In this document: piece by piece, positions 28,535-38,308 of the stretch | How positions within the stretch are numbered: position 1 is the first letter of the stretch | Layout: each line of letters begins with the position of its first letter | DNA from: an uncultured Alphaproteobacteria bacterium | GTDB lineage: Bacteria > Pseudomonadota > Alphaproteobacteria > RF32 > CAG-239 | Length of the DNA stretch: 64,000 nt | Assembly: GCA_934254925.1 (NCBI GenBank) | Contig: CAKQMD010000004.1 | Span: 18,664 to 82,663, forward strand | Direction: 5' to 3' | Notes under the pieces: model-generated | Told to the model about the DNA's origin: nothing | Database searches by the model: none | What the model saw: the letters and a program-made list of their open reading frames with translations, nothing else | Program-made: the position numbers and the translations under genes

Positions 28535-29110
28535 TTAATTGCCAATCCCGGCGAAGCCCATAAAAGCCAAAGACAATAGTCCGGCGCTGATCAACGCAAT
28601 CGGCGTTCCCTGCAGAGCACGGGGTAAAGAGGTCAAGGCCAAGCGTTCACGGATGCCGGCAAAAAGGACAATCGCCAGCGTAAAGCCCATTGAATTGGCT
28701 AAAGCAAAGCAGACTGCCTCCAACAGGTCGAGTTCTTTTTGCGTGGCTAAGATGGCGACTCCGAGGACGGCACAGTTGGTGGTGATCAGCGGCAAAAAAA
28801 TGCCCAAGGCCTGATACAGTGTCGGCGCCGTTTTCTTTAACACCATTTCTACCATTTGTACCATGGCGGCAATGACCAAGATGAAAACCAAGGTGGTCAT
28901 GAAGGTCAGCTGATGAGGAATCAGCAATTGGTAATAGATCAGATAGGTAACCAAGGTTGACAAGGTGATGACGAACATGACTGCCAGTCCCATGCCGAAA
29001 GATGTGGAGATTCGTTTGGAAACGCCGAGAAACGGGCAAATTCCCAAAAACTGGGACAAGACGATGTTGTTGACAAAGACGGCGGTTATGAAAATCATTA
29101 AATAAGTCAT
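28535..29110 (-). CDS. rnfA: Rnf electron transport complex subunit A
   Basis: 191-aa polytopic protein, VLSQFLGICPFLGVS motif. Confidence 0.85.
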   Translation of the reverse strand: MTYLMIFITAVFVNNIVLSQFLGICPFLGVSKRISTSFGMGLAVMFVITLSTLVTYLIYYQLLIPHQLTFMTTLVFILVIAAMVQMVEMVLKKTAPTLYQALGIFLPLITTNCAVLGVAILATQKELDLLEAVCFALANSMGFTLAIVLFAGIRERLALTSLPRALQGTPIALISAGLLSLAFMGFAGIGN

Positions 29111-29706
29111 TATCTAACTCCCCGCAAACGGTTAACCAAAACGATCAGTCCCGCCAAGGCCAGGAAGGCTCCCGGCGGCATGATGAACAAAAGCAGAGTG
29201 GCGCTGTCTTCCGGCAGAAAACGCCATCCGAACAGAGAGCCGGATCCCAGAATTTCTCGAACTATTCCAAGGGAAGTCAGGCCGATCGTGAAGCCCAACC
29301 CCATGCCGACGGCATCATAGAAAGACTGCAATAAGTCGTTTTGGGAGGCAAAAGCTTCCGCCCGACCAAGAATGATGCAATTGACGACGATTAGGGGGAT
29401 GAAAATTCCCAGAGCCGCATGCAGCACTGGCAAATATGCGGCCATAAGCAGGTCAACCACCGTGACAAAAGAAGCAATGATGACAATATATGAGGGAATC
29501 CGCACTTGAGCCGGAATCCAATTCTTGACGGAGGAAATGGCCAAATTTGACAATATAAGCACAAACAAGGTTGCCAAGCCCATTCCCAAACCGTTTGAAG
29601 CCGAAGTAGTTACGCCTAAGGTCGGACACATTCCCAACAGCATCACAAATGTGGGATTTTCTCGGAAAATGCCGCGGGTCAGATTTTGATAAGAAGTTTT
29701 ATCCAT
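29110..29706 (-). CDS. rnfE: Rnf complex subunit E
   Basis: [30 protein letters not shown]. Confidence 0.85.
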   Translation of the reverse strand: MDKTSYQNLTRGIFRENPTFVMLLGMCPTLGVTTSASNGLGMGLATLFVLILSNLAISSVKNWIPAQVRIPSYIVIIASFVTVVDLLMAAYLPVLHAALGIFIPLIVVNCIILGRAEAFASQNDLLQSFYDAVGMGLGFTIGLTSLGIVREILGSGSLFGWRFLPEDSATLLLFIMPPGAFLALAGLIVLVNRLRGVR

Positions 29707-29708
29707 GG

Positions 29709-30308
29709 CTAGCGTCCTGTGTTGCTAAAGTTGTTATAGGCGTTGTTGGCTTTTTTTATGGCATCAATTACCGCGCGGGAACTGATGGTTGCTGCCGTAA
29801 CGGCATCGATCTCGCCGCCGTCCTGTCTGACCTTGAAAAATGGTCGTTGCGGATTGAGACCGTGAAACTGTTTTTTGAATTTGTCTTCGCTGATTTTGGT
29901 TCCCAAGCCCGGCGTTTCCTTTTGATCGGTGATTTCGTAGCTATTGACGCTGCCGTCAAGGAAGAGGCCGACGATCATTTCCAAACGGCCGCCAAAAGCT
30001 TTGTCGGAAAAGGTTTTTATGGCAACAGAGGTGATGACACCGTTTTTGCGCGCCGGAAAAAGCTCAAATTTTTGTGTTGGATCATGCGGTGCGCTGATCA
30101 GCATCCTTTCCTCAAAAGGATTGTTGTCAAAGTCATCATAAACCACGCGGGAGATCGCTTCCAATTCACGTTGTTTTTTGGCTTCAGCAATCGGTCCGGC
30201 GGTTATTTTATGCGTGTAGCCGAGAACAATCGCCGACAAGACGGCAATTACCGTCAAAACGGCCGTCATGTTAAACAAACTTGATTTTATCGGTTGGGAT
30301 TTTCTCAC
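29709..30308 (-). CDS. rnfG: Rnf complex subunit G (FMN-binding)
   Basis: TPGLGTKI and the FMN-attachment region [12 protein letters not shown]. Proposed GTG start at 30308 (AGAGG 7 nt upstream, 4 nt after the rnfD stop); the longer TTG-initiated ORF overlaps rnfD by 44 nt. Confidence 0.8.
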   Translation of the reverse strand: MRKSQPIKSSLFNMTAVLTVIAVLSAIVLGYTHKITAGPIAEAKKQRELEAISRVVYDDFDNNPFEERMLISAPHDPTQKFELFPARKNGVITSVAIKTFSDKAFGGRLEMIVGLFLDGSVNSYEITDQKETPGLGTKISEDKFKKQFHGLNPQRPFFKVRQDGGEIDAVTAATISSRAVIDAIKKANNAYNNFSNTGR

Positions 30309-30312
30309 GGTT

Positions 30313-31293
30313 TTACCTCTTTGTTCCAAAGACCCGAGGATGACAATATTTGTCAATCAGCGGGACAAAAGCGTTCATAATCAAAATCGCAAAAGAAACG
30401 CCTTCAGGATAAGCGCTCCACAAACGAATAACCACGGTCAGGACGCCGCAGCCGACGGCAAAGATCACCTGTCCTTTTTTGCTCATCGGCGAAGTGACGT
30501 AGTCTGTTGCCATAAAAACGGCGCCGAGCATCAGACCGCCGGACAGAAGATGCGTCACCGGCTCATAGCGGAGGTCTCCGGTTTTGAGCCAGAGAATGCC
30601 GGTAATCATAAAGACGGTTGCAATATAATAAAACGGAATATGCCAGGTAATGACGCGGCGGTAGAGCATGTAGAGCAGTCCCAACAACAAAGCCAGCGCC
30701 GAGACCTCTCCTAAAGAACCGCCGGTGTAGCCTACGAACATTTGCCAGTAGTCAGGCAGGTTTCCGCTTAATGCCGTGGCGGAGGTTTGGGCATCCAGAT
30801 GTTTGATAATGCCAAGGGTGGTTGCCGACGTCTGCATGTCGACGTTCCAAAAGTCCAGCCAACGAGGCTGAGGCCAATGCGTCATGGCAACGGGAAAGGA
30901 AATGAACAAAAAGACGCGGCCGACCAATGCCGGATTGAAAATGTTTTTTCCCAAACCGCCAAAACACATTTTGGCAACGCCGATTGCCATGGCGCAGCCG
31001 CAAAGAATCATCCAAACCGGCATGGAACTCGGCAGATTGAATGCCAGCAGCAGCCCGGTAATGATTGCAGAGTTGTCGCCGACGGTTGGCGGGATTTTGA
31101 GCAGATAACGGGTAATCAGGTATTCGCACAAGACGCAGCCGGCGACTGAAGTCAAAATGACCTTGAGCGCACCGACGCCGAAAAAGGCAACGGCGACAAC
31201 GGCAGCGGGCATCAGAGCAATAATAACGTCACGCATCAAGTCCGACGTTTTGACCGGCGAACTCATGTGGGGAGCAGATGAAACTTTAAGCAT
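30313..31293 (-). CDS. rnfD: Rnf complex subunit D
   Basis: N-terminal SSAPHMSSPVKTSDLMRDVIIALMPA, 326 aa, polytopic. Confidence 0.85.
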   Translation of the reverse strand: MLKVSSAPHMSSPVKTSDLMRDVIIALMPAAVVAVAFFGVGALKVILTSVAGCVLCEYLITRYLLKIPPTVGDNSAIITGLLLAFNLPSSMPVWMILCGCAMAIGVAKMCFGGLGKNIFNPALVGRVFLFISFPVAMTHWPQPRWLDFWNVDMQTSATTLGIIKHLDAQTSATALSGNLPDYWQMFVGYTGGSLGEVSALALLLGLLYMLYRRVITWHIPFYYIATVFMITGILWLKTGDLRYEPVTHLLSGGLMLGAVFMATDYVTSPMSKKGQVIFAVGCGVLTVVIRLWSAYPEGVSFAILIMNAFVPLIDKYCHPRVFGTKR

Positions 31294-31296
31294 CGT

Positions 31297-32625
31297 TTAG
31301 TTCTTCCTCGTCTTTTTTAGTTCCATTTTCGAGAGTTTGCAATAATCCAGCAGCGGAATCCTTCCGGGGCAAGTGTAAGCACAGGAACCGCATTCTATAC
31401 AATCCAAGACATGAAGGCCTTTGACCTCTTCAAACATGTTTTCCCGAGCATAGCGGGCAATGGCAAAAGGTTCCAGTCCAACGGGGCAGACTTCGACGCA
31501 TTTGCCGCAGCGAATGCAGCTTTGCTCGTTTTCCTTATGAGATATGTAATCGGAAAGCAGCAAAATTCCCGAGGTCAGCTTGGTGATCGGTGCCTTGAGG
31601 TTGACAGCGGAAGTTCCCATCATCGGGCCGCCGAAGACGACCTGAGCGACGTCGGGCGACAGCCCTCCGGCCTTTTCAATCAGATAAGAGGCCGGTGTCC
31701 CTACCCGCACCCTGAAGTTTCCGGGATTGGTGCACAAATCTCCGCTGACGGTTACAATGCGCTCGTAGAGCGGCTTGTTTTTCATGACCATTTCGTAAAC
31801 GGCGTGAACGGTGCCGACGTTTTGGACAATGCAGCCGACGTCTATCGGCAAGCGGCCTGAGGGTACTTCGCGGCCGGTTATGGTCTTAATCAGTTGTTTT
31901 TCGGCGCCTTGAGGATATTTGGTCTTACAGACCGCGACATTGACGCCGACATAGCGTTTGGTGACTTTAGTCATTGTTTGAATAGCTTCGGGCTTGTTTT
32001 CGTCGATGGCGACCACGGCGTTTTGGATCCCCAAAGCCTTGTTAATGATTTTGGCACCGATGACGATTTGTTCCGCTTTTTCGATCATCAGTCGGTCATC
32101 TGCCGTCAGCCAAGGTTCACATTCTATTCCGTTGAGGATGAGATATTCGGCTTTTTTGCCCTCCGGCAGCGTGGTTTTGATCGGGGTCGGATAACCGGCG
32201 CCGCCCATTCCGACAATACCGCCTTCGCGAATTTTTGCGACAATTTCCATCGCTGTGTAGGGAATCTCGTTGATAATGTCGGGACTTCGGTCAATCGAGG
32301 GTTCGTATTCGTCGCCTTCGACACGAATCGTGATCATGTTTTCTTCGTATCCGAACTCTCCTTCTATCGGTTCCACTTTCAGTACTTCTCCGGAAACCGA
32401 AGAATGAACGTCAGAGGAGACGACGCCGTCCGAATCTGCCAGCAAGGTGCCGACCTTGACTTTGTCGCCTTTGGCAACTAAAATTTTGGCCGGGGTGCCG
32501 ATGTGTTGCTTAACCGGGATGTAGACGGTTTCCGGTAAACCGGCATCAACAATGGGACTGTTTGAGGTTATTTTATGTTTTTCCGGGTGAATACCGCCTA
32601 GCGGGAAGGTCTTGTTGCTGGTCAT
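31297..32625 (-). CDS. rnfC: Rnf complex subunit C (NADH-binding, 2x[4Fe-4S])
   Basis: CIRCGKCVEVCP and CIECGSCAYTCP ferredoxin motifs; GAGGAGYPT. Confidence 0.9.
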   Translation of the reverse strand: MTSNKTFPLGGIHPEKHKITSNSPIVDAGLPETVYIPVKQHIGTPAKILVAKGDKVKVGTLLADSDGVVSSDVHSSVSGEVLKVEPIEGEFGYEENMITIRVEGDEYEPSIDRSPDIINEIPYTAMEIVAKIREGGIVGMGGAGYPTPIKTTLPEGKKAEYLILNGIECEPWLTADDRLMIEKAEQIVIGAKIINKALGIQNAVVAIDENKPEAIQTMTKVTKRYVGVNVAVCKTKYPQGAEKQLIKTITGREVPSGRLPIDVGCIVQNVGTVHAVYEMVMKNKPLYERIVTVSGDLCTNPGNFRVRVGTPASYLIEKAGGLSPDVAQVVFGGPMMGTSAVNLKAPITKLTSGILLLSDYISHKENEQSCIRCGKCVEVCPVGLEPFAIARYARENMFEEVKGLHVLDCIECGSCAYTCPGRIPLLDYCKLSKMELKKTRKN

Positions 32626-33461
32626 AGGGATTTTTCCTCAGAACATTTGGTGCAGACAATTGCTCCGGTCGGACAGGCTTTGACCAAAGCGGCGCCGTAT
32701 TCGTCTGCCGAAACTGTCGTCGGGATGTAGGACAGATTGTTTTCGATTTTGATTTCAGGGTTAATTTTGGCGCATTTCATACAGCCGATGCAGGCAACTG
32801 CGCAGTTCTTTTTGGCAATGGCGCCTTTTTGCGTATTGCGGCAAGCGACATAAACCCGATTGCCGTTAGCTCCTTTGGGGCGGATTTCAAACAATTCGCG
32901 CGGGCAGACTTTGACGCAGGCGCCGCAAGCGGTGCACTTTTCTTCGTCAACGACGGGAATACCGGTGATGGCATCAACGGAGAGTGCTCCGAACTTGCAG
33001 ACTTTGACGCAGTCGCCCAAGCGTAGGCAACCTGTCGGGCAGCCGCTTTGGCCACTGGAAACCCGGGCGGCAATCCGACAATTTTTCAATCCTTCGTAAG
33101 CAACTTTCGCCGGGGCATTTTGACAAGTGCCGTTGCAACGCAGAACGGCAACTCCGGGATCTTTGACGGAGGCTTCGTATCCCAAAAGAGAGGCTATCTT
33201 TCCCATAACCGCCGCGCCGCCGACGGGGCAATAGAGTTCGGAAAAACCAGCTTCGTCGACGCCGGCGCAGGCCGTGGCAAAATCCTTGCAGCCGGCTTTG
33301 CCGCAGGCGCCGCAGTTGGCCTGAGGCAAAAGGTTGCTTATCTGATCGATTTTGGGGTTTTCTTCAACGGCAAATTTTCTTGAAACCAGATATAAAACCA
33401 AAGCCGCCGCCAAAGCAATGCCACCTAAGAGAACTACGTTAAACAAGATTGTGTTATCCAT
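32622..33461 (-). CDS. rnfB: Rnf complex subunit B (polyferredoxin)
   Basis: N-terminal TM segment, then multiple CxxCxxCxxxCP clusters. Confidence 0.85.
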   Translation of the reverse strand: MDNTILFNVVLLGGIALAAALVLYLVSRKFAVEENPKIDQISNLLPQANCGACGKAGCKDFATACAGVDEAGFSELYCPVGGAAVMGKIASLLGYEASVKDPGVAVLRCNGTCQNAPAKVAYEGLKNCRIAARVSSGQSGCPTGCLRLGDCVKVCKFGALSVDAITGIPVVDEEKCTACGACVKVCPRELFEIRPKGANGNRVYVACRNTQKGAIAKKNCAVACIGCMKCAKINPEIKIENNLSYIPTTVSADEYGAALVKACPTGAIVCTKCSEEKSL

Positions 33462-33880
33462 CAGTTATCGTCAGCCTTTATCGTAAAATGAATTTTTGCA
33501 GCAAAATATTTGCGACTCAAGAATAAAATAAAATAATAAGGAATCAAGACAATTATGCTCAAAATCCCCGCCTTAATTTCACTCATGCCGGCATAAACGC
33601 CGCCAAAGAGGACGCCCAGCAACAGCAGCAAGGGAATAAGATAGGCAAAAACGACGGCGCGAAAGCCGTTTTCTTCGCTCATGACGACGTTGATTTTTTG
33701 GTCCAGGCTGTAAGGTTCGGCGTTATAGACCGGGATTTCGACTTGTTTTTCCCGGCATTGGGCGTTATTGCAGATATTTTTGGCGCTGCAGCCGGCGCAG
33801 GCTTCGGCATTTTCAATTTCAACCGTGATTTTTGCCGGTTCTATCTTGACAATCCGGGCTTCGTGTTCAATTTCAGTCAT
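33461..33880 (-). CDS. RseC/MucC-family protein (SoxR-reducing system component)
   Basis: 139 aa, N-terminal Cys cluster (CAGCSAKNICNNAQC) then two TM helices; sits in an rnf operon as RseC does in other bacteria. Confidence 0.55.
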   Translation of the reverse strand: MTEIEHEARIVKIEPAKITVEIENAEACAGCSAKNICNNAQCREKQVEIPVYNAEPYSLDQKINVVMSEENGFRAVVFAYLIPLLLLLGVLFGGVYAGMSEIKAGILSIIVLIPYYFILFLSRKYFAAKIHFTIKADDN

Positions 33881-34902
33881 TGTTGTTCTCCCATATAAGA
33901 TGCTGCGGCCGAGGAATAAACGCTTTTAATGCTGTCGTCGGCCTCTCTGACAAACAAAATTACCGGCAGATTAAGCTTTTCGGCCAAGGCCAGTCCCCTG
34001 TCTTCTCCCAGAGCCATGATGGCTGTGGCATAAGCGTCCGCCGTCATACAATCGGGAGCCAGGACCGTTGCCGAAGCCAGGTTATGTTCAATCGGACGGC
34101 CGTCAAACGGCGAAATGGTATGTGCGTAGCGTTTGCCGTTCCAGTTGAAGAAATTATGATAGTCTCCCGAGGTGGCAACAGCCATGTCTTTTAACTGCAA
34201 AGCCAAAATATTACCTGAGACGTCTGCCGAGGGAAAAGCGACGCCGACCGTCCAGCTTTTTCCCGGGGACTTTTCTCCCGCGGCCTTTATTTCTCCGCCG
34301 ATTTCGACAATATAATTGCGGATACCGTCGTTTTCCAGTAAGGACGCGATCTTATCAACGGCGTATCCTTTGGCTATTGCCGAAAGATTCAGTGACGTTT
34401 GCTGATTTTTTTTGACGACGCTGCGAAAATCCGGAGCAAAATGCAGCTGATGAAAGCCGACGGTCGACAAGACGGCGTCAATTTGTTTCGGGTCAGGAAT
34501 TTTTTCCACTTTTCCGCGCGGGCCGAATCCCCATAAATTGACCAGGGGGGCGACGGTGGGGTCAAAATATCCGTCACTTTGGCGGTTGATTTCGGCAGAC
34601 GTTTTTAACAAAAGCGCTAAGTCCGGCGACAGGTTGAACTTTTCGCCGATGGCAGCCCGGTTCAGGCGGTTGATCTCCGATTCCGGGGTGAAAACTGACA
34701 AATGCCGGTTAACATCGTCAAAAACTTGTTCTATACGCTTTTCCAAATCCGGCGATGGCGCCTGCCCCGCTATTTTGACATGATAATAGGTCCCAAAAAC
34801 TTTTCCAGACAGCAGATGGGGGGCGGCTATGCGGCGGGAGTCCAGAACAAAAGCCAATGCAAGAAGCAGTGCTGCCGTTGAAATATATTTAAAAAGTCGC
34901 AT
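33877..34902 (-). CDS. apbE: FAD:protein FMN transferase (ApbE)
   Basis: TSGDYHNFFNWNGKRYAHTISPFDGRP matches the ApbE signature; N-terminal signal peptide. Confidence 0.85.
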   Translation of the reverse strand: MRLFKYISTAALLLALAFVLDSRRIAAPHLLSGKVFGTYYHVKIAGQAPSPDLEKRIEQVFDDVNRHLSVFTPESEINRLNRAAIGEKFNLSPDLALLLKTSAEINRQSDGYFDPTVAPLVNLWGFGPRGKVEKIPDPKQIDAVLSTVGFHQLHFAPDFRSVVKKNQQTSLNLSAIAKGYAVDKIASLLENDGIRNYIVEIGGEIKAAGEKSPGKSWTVGVAFPSADVSGNILALQLKDMAVATSGDYHNFFNWNGKRYAHTISPFDGRPIEHNLASATVLAPDCMTADAYATAIMALGEDRGLALAEKLNLPVILFVREADDSIKSVYSSAAASYMGEQQ

Positions 34903-34989
34903 ATCTTTTTAACCTGTTTTACTTTAAATAAAAATTGTTTTAGGATGAAGCGTGATCGGATGTTCCGGATTTTGTGAAAGGATTATAGT

Positions 34990-35706
34990 ATGTCTGAACA
35001 ATTTAAAGCAATAAAAAATAAATTGATGGAAAATAAAATTATTCGCGGCAGCGTTAAAATGTCGCAGCAGACCGGTCAGGGTGTCAGAACTGTCTGGGGA
35101 TGGCTGAATCGGGAGATCGATCGCTTGGGAAAAGGAATCGTCCATACCGGGATTTCGGCGAATCTGGTTTCCATCTTCGGTTTTGTGATCGGAATTTTCG
35201 CTATCAACTTTTTGGCTATGCAGCTTTATTTTTCAGCCTTGATTTGTATTCTTATCAATCGCTTTTGCGACGCTTTGGACGGTGCCATCGCCCGGCATTC
35301 GGAAACGACGGGTTTCGGCGTTTTTCTGGATGCAACGTTGGACTATACTTTCTATGCCGGTGTCATTTTCGGTTTTGCTTTGGCGAATCCTTTGCAAAAT
35401 GCCGTTCCGGCAGCCTTTTTGCTCTTTGGTTTTGCCGCCGCGGCTTGTGCCATGCTGGCTTATGCCGTCATTGCCTATAAATATGACAATCGGCCGCAAG
35501 TGAAGTTGGAACAGTCGCCTTTTTACCTTGGCGGTATCGCTCAGGGGTTTGAAACGACCGTTGCACTGATCATTCTGTGCATTATGCCGGGTTGGTTCCT
35601 GCAGATTGCAATCGTTCTCGGCGTACTCAGCTTGGTCAAAGCTTTCAGCGTGATGGCAACCGCCTATTACAATTTTGTGATTGCCGTTAAAAGAAGCAAA
35701 GAATAA
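34990..35706 (+). CDS. CDP-alcohol phosphatidyltransferase family protein; start may be an internal Met
   Basis: DALDGAIARHSETTGFGVFLDATLD fits D-x2-DG-x2-AR-x8-G-x3-G-x3-D. The motif sits unusually far from the annotated start. Confidence 0.6.
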   Translation: MSEQFKAIKNKLMENKIIRGSVKMSQQTGQGVRTVWGWLNREIDRLGKGIVHTGISANLVSIFGFVIGIFAINFLAMQLYFSALICILINRFCDALDGAIARHSETTGFGVFLDATLDYTFYAGVIFGFALANPLQNAVPAAFLLFGFAAAACAMLAYAVIAYKYDNRPQVKLEQSPFYLGGIAQGFETTVALIILCIMPGWFLQIAIVLGVLSLVKAFSVMATAYYNFVIAVKRSKE

Positions 35707-35709
35707 GTC

Positions 35710-37314
35710 TTGATGAAGCTCTTACGCCTCTTATTGCCGCTTATATGCCTGATGTCGATGACGCCGTCTTCGGCACAGGCTTTGTTTTTGTCCGACGAGG
35801 GCGACAAGGTCAGCGTAGAACTATTGACCTGTTATGACGAGATCAACCCGCGGCAGAAGCTGGAGGTTTTGATCAAGTTTCGTCTGCATGACGGCTGGCA
35901 TATCTATGCGCAAAATCCCGGAGATCTCGGTCTGCCGACGGAAGTCGAATGGCAGCTGCCCGCCGGAGCACAGGCTGCGGAAGCGCAATGGAGCCCGGAA
36001 GAAGAATTTGTCAACGAAGGAATTGTGCAGTACGGCTACGGAGACGTCGCCTATTATAAGACGCAGATTACTTTTCCGGAAACCGTTCAAGGACTTCAAA
36101 AATTTAAGGTCAAGATTTCCTGGCTAGGTTGCAGGGATGAGTGCATTCCCGGAAAAACGGAGTTTTATTTTGAGTTGCCGGTGTCTGAGCAGATGCAAAA
36201 GCACAATGCGACGTGGAATCGGGAATTTAAATTGGCCAAGCTTCGTTTTGACGCCGACGGCGGTAAAAGTTTTCTCCTTATTTTGTTGGCGGCTTTTGCC
36301 GGAGGGGTTATTTTGAACTTTATGCCTTGTATTTTTCCGATTTTGACGATCAAGGCCATTTCCATGGTGCAGGGGCGTTACAATCGGCGCAACAAGAGAA
36401 TCGAGGCATTGTTGTATTTGGCAGGCGTGGTGCTTTCTTTTATTGTCGTGGCTACGGTTTTAGTGTTGCTGAGGGCTTCCGGTGAACAAATCGGCTGGGG
36501 GTTCCAACTGCAGTCTCCGGCTTTCGTGGCGGTGATGATCGCCATCTTTGCCGTTATTTTTCTGATGTTGCTTGACTTGATTAAAGTGACTAATCCTTTT
36601 GCCAACAGACTCGGACGGATGTCTTTGCAAAAAGCCAGGTTGAACGCGTTTGTCACCGGTTTTTTCGCCGTATTGATAGCCAGTCCCTGCACGGCACCGT
36701 TTATGGGAATCGCTATCGGTTATACGCTTACTCAGCCTTTGTATGTCTATTATCCGGTTTTTCTTGCGCTCAGTCTTGGTTATGCCCTGCCCTTTACAAT
36801 GATCGGGTTTTATCCCAAAGTTGTTTATCGCATGCTGCCTCGTCCGGGAAAATGGATGGAGGTTTTGAAAAAGATCTTTGCCGTGCCGATCTTTTTTACT
36901 TGCGTTTGGCTGATTTGGGTCCTATATAACCAGACGGACAGCCGCTCCCGCGTGATTGACACGATGGCTTGGGAAAATTATAACGCCTATCGTATCGAAA
37001 ATCTCAAGGAGCAAGGGGAAGCCGTGTTTATCGACTTTACGGCCAAGTGGTGCATCACCTGCCTGATGAACGAAAAAGTGGCGTTGAGTTCTCATCAGTT
37101 CGGCAATTTGGTCAAAGAATACAAAATCCACCTGTTTAAGGCAGATTGGACGAACGAAGACAGCGCCATCTCCGAGGCTTTGGAAGAATATGGCCGGAAT
37201 TCCATTCCTCTGTATGTTTTTTGTCCCGGAAAAATGCAGGCATGTCAAATTTTGCCGCAAATTTTGACGCCGGGAATTTTGGAAGATTATATTAAAGGAA
37301 AAACAAATGATTAA
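35710..37314 (+). CDS. dsbD: Thiol:disulfide interchange protein DsbD
   Basis: N-terminal DsbD-alpha domain, central TM domain with FMPCIFPIL, C-terminal thioredoxin fold with WCITC. Confidence 0.85.
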   Translation: MMKLLRLLLPLICLMSMTPSSAQALFLSDEGDKVSVELLTCYDEINPRQKLEVLIKFRLHDGWHIYAQNPGDLGLPTEVEWQLPAGAQAAEAQWSPEEEFVNEGIVQYGYGDVAYYKTQITFPETVQGLQKFKVKISWLGCRDECIPGKTEFYFELPVSEQMQKHNATWNREFKLAKLRFDADGGKSFLLILLAAFAGGVILNFMPCIFPILTIKAISMVQGRYNRRNKRIEALLYLAGVVLSFIVVATVLVLLRASGEQIGWGFQLQSPAFVAVMIAIFAVIFLMLLDLIKVTNPFANRLGRMSLQKARLNAFVTGFFAVLIASPCTAPFMGIAIGYTLTQPLYVYYPVFLALSLGYALPFTMIGFYPKVVYRMLPRPGKWMEVLKKIFAVPIFFTCVWLIWVLYNQTDSRSRVIDTMAWENYNAYRIENLKEQGEAVFIDFTAKWCITCLMNEKVALSSHQFGNLVKEYKIHLFKADWTNEDSAISEALEEYGRNSIPLYVFCPGKMQACQILPQILTPGILEDYIKGKTND

Positions 37315-37759
37315 CCATAAAGAAATGATGATTAAAGCAATCGAATTAAGTCGTCAGTCCGTCGAGAACGGCAGTTCTCCTTTTGGGGCGGTCATTGTCG
37401 ATCAAAACGGAAAAATTATCGGCAGCGGCCACAACCGAGTGGTTTTGGACAATGATCCGACGGCTCACGGCGAGGTTATGGCCATTCGTGACGCTTGTCG
37501 AAATATCGGCAGTTTTGATTTGAGCGGCTGCATCTTATATACTTCCTGCGAGCCCTGCCCGATGTGTCTTAACGCCGCAAAATGGGCCAATATCGGAGAA
37601 ATCTATTATGCTGCCGACCGTTATGACGCGGAAAACATCGGTTTTCGCGATCGCGTCTTTTATGAAGACGATCCGGTAGAATTGAAAAAAATCGAGATTT
37701 CCCGCGCTGTTGAGGTGATGCAAGACTGGAAAAACAAGATTGATCGCGTGGAATATTAA
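37307..37759 (+). CDS. Nucleoside (cytidine/guanine/tRNA-adenosine) deaminase family protein
   Basis: HGEVMAI ... SCEPCPMC zinc-binding motifs. Overlaps the dsbD end by 8 nt. Confidence 0.75.
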   Translation: MINHKEMMIKAIELSRQSVENGSSPFGAVIVDQNGKIIGSGHNRVVLDNDPTAHGEVMAIRDACRNIGSFDLSGCILYTSCEPCPMCLNAAKWANIGEIYYAADRYDAENIGFRDRVFYEDDPVELKKIEISRAVEVMQDWKNKIDRVEY

Positions 37760-37836
37760 AAATATAAAAAAAAGACTTGCCAAAAGAAATCCGGCGAGGT
37801 ATATATTTCAACGTCGTTAGGAACGATAATTATTTT

Positions 37837-37912
37837 GGGTGCGTAGCTCAGTTGGTAGAGCAACTGACTCTTAATCAGTGGGTCTGGGGTTCGAACCCCC
37901 ACGCGCCTACCA
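37837..37912 (+). tRNA. tRNA-Lys (anticodon CTT)
   Basis: Cloverleaf by eye: anticodon stem ACTGA/TCAGT, loop CTCTTAA, T-loop TTCGAAC, CCA encoded. Confidence 0.8.
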
Positions 37913-37920
37913 ATAAGAAA

Positions 37921-37956
37921 GACCGGGTGGAAGTTTTGTCCCCGGTCTTTTTTTTA
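37921..37956 (+). terminator. Rho-independent terminator after tRNA-Lys
   Basis: GACCGGG-loop-CCCGGTC followed by T9. Confidence 0.65.
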
Positions 37957-38133
37957 TTCGGGGGTTCTCACCCTGCGGGTTCGTCTGGCTCGTAAGTTTT
38001 TGCGTTGCAAAAAATAACTCGCTGCGGTCACTCGTCTTGTAACGCTTGTTTGGCACGCTTTGCGGCGGCACAAGCTAACAAGACTTCGCCTGTCGTCAGA
38101 AAAGCTTTCACCGGAAGCTTTTCTTTCCTCCAG

Positions 38134-38178
38134 CCCCACGCGCCTACCAATAAGAAAGACCGGGTGGAAGTTTTGTCC
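38134..38178 (+). repeat. 45-bp direct duplicate of the tRNA-Lys 3' end plus the first half of its terminator (copy 2; copy 1 is 37897..37941)
   Basis: CCCCACGCGCCTACCAATAAGAAAGACCGGGTGGAAGTTTTGTCC occurs twice, 192 bp apart. Copy 2 lacks the terminator's 3' half. Confidence 0.8.
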
Positions 38179-38308
38179 AAACGGAAGGGTAAGGAAATTA
38201 TTTCTTAAATTTCTTGATTATCAATTGTATGTTGACTGAACAATCGGCCTTTGATACCCTACTACCGTCATTTTGTCTAAATAATGAGCAACTTACGGAG
38301 AACGGAAC

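Noticed and set aside
30313-30356. 44-nt overlap between the rnfD and rnfG ORFs
   Set aside because: This is an artefact of the longest-ORF call, which is TTG-initiated. A GTG at 30308 with a good SD, 4 nt after the rnfD stop, gives a canonical RnfG N-terminus.
38005-38208. 67-aa ORF in the tRNA-Lys downstream insert
   Set aside because: It is short, spans the second copy of the tRNA 3'-end repeat, and has no ribosome-binding site.
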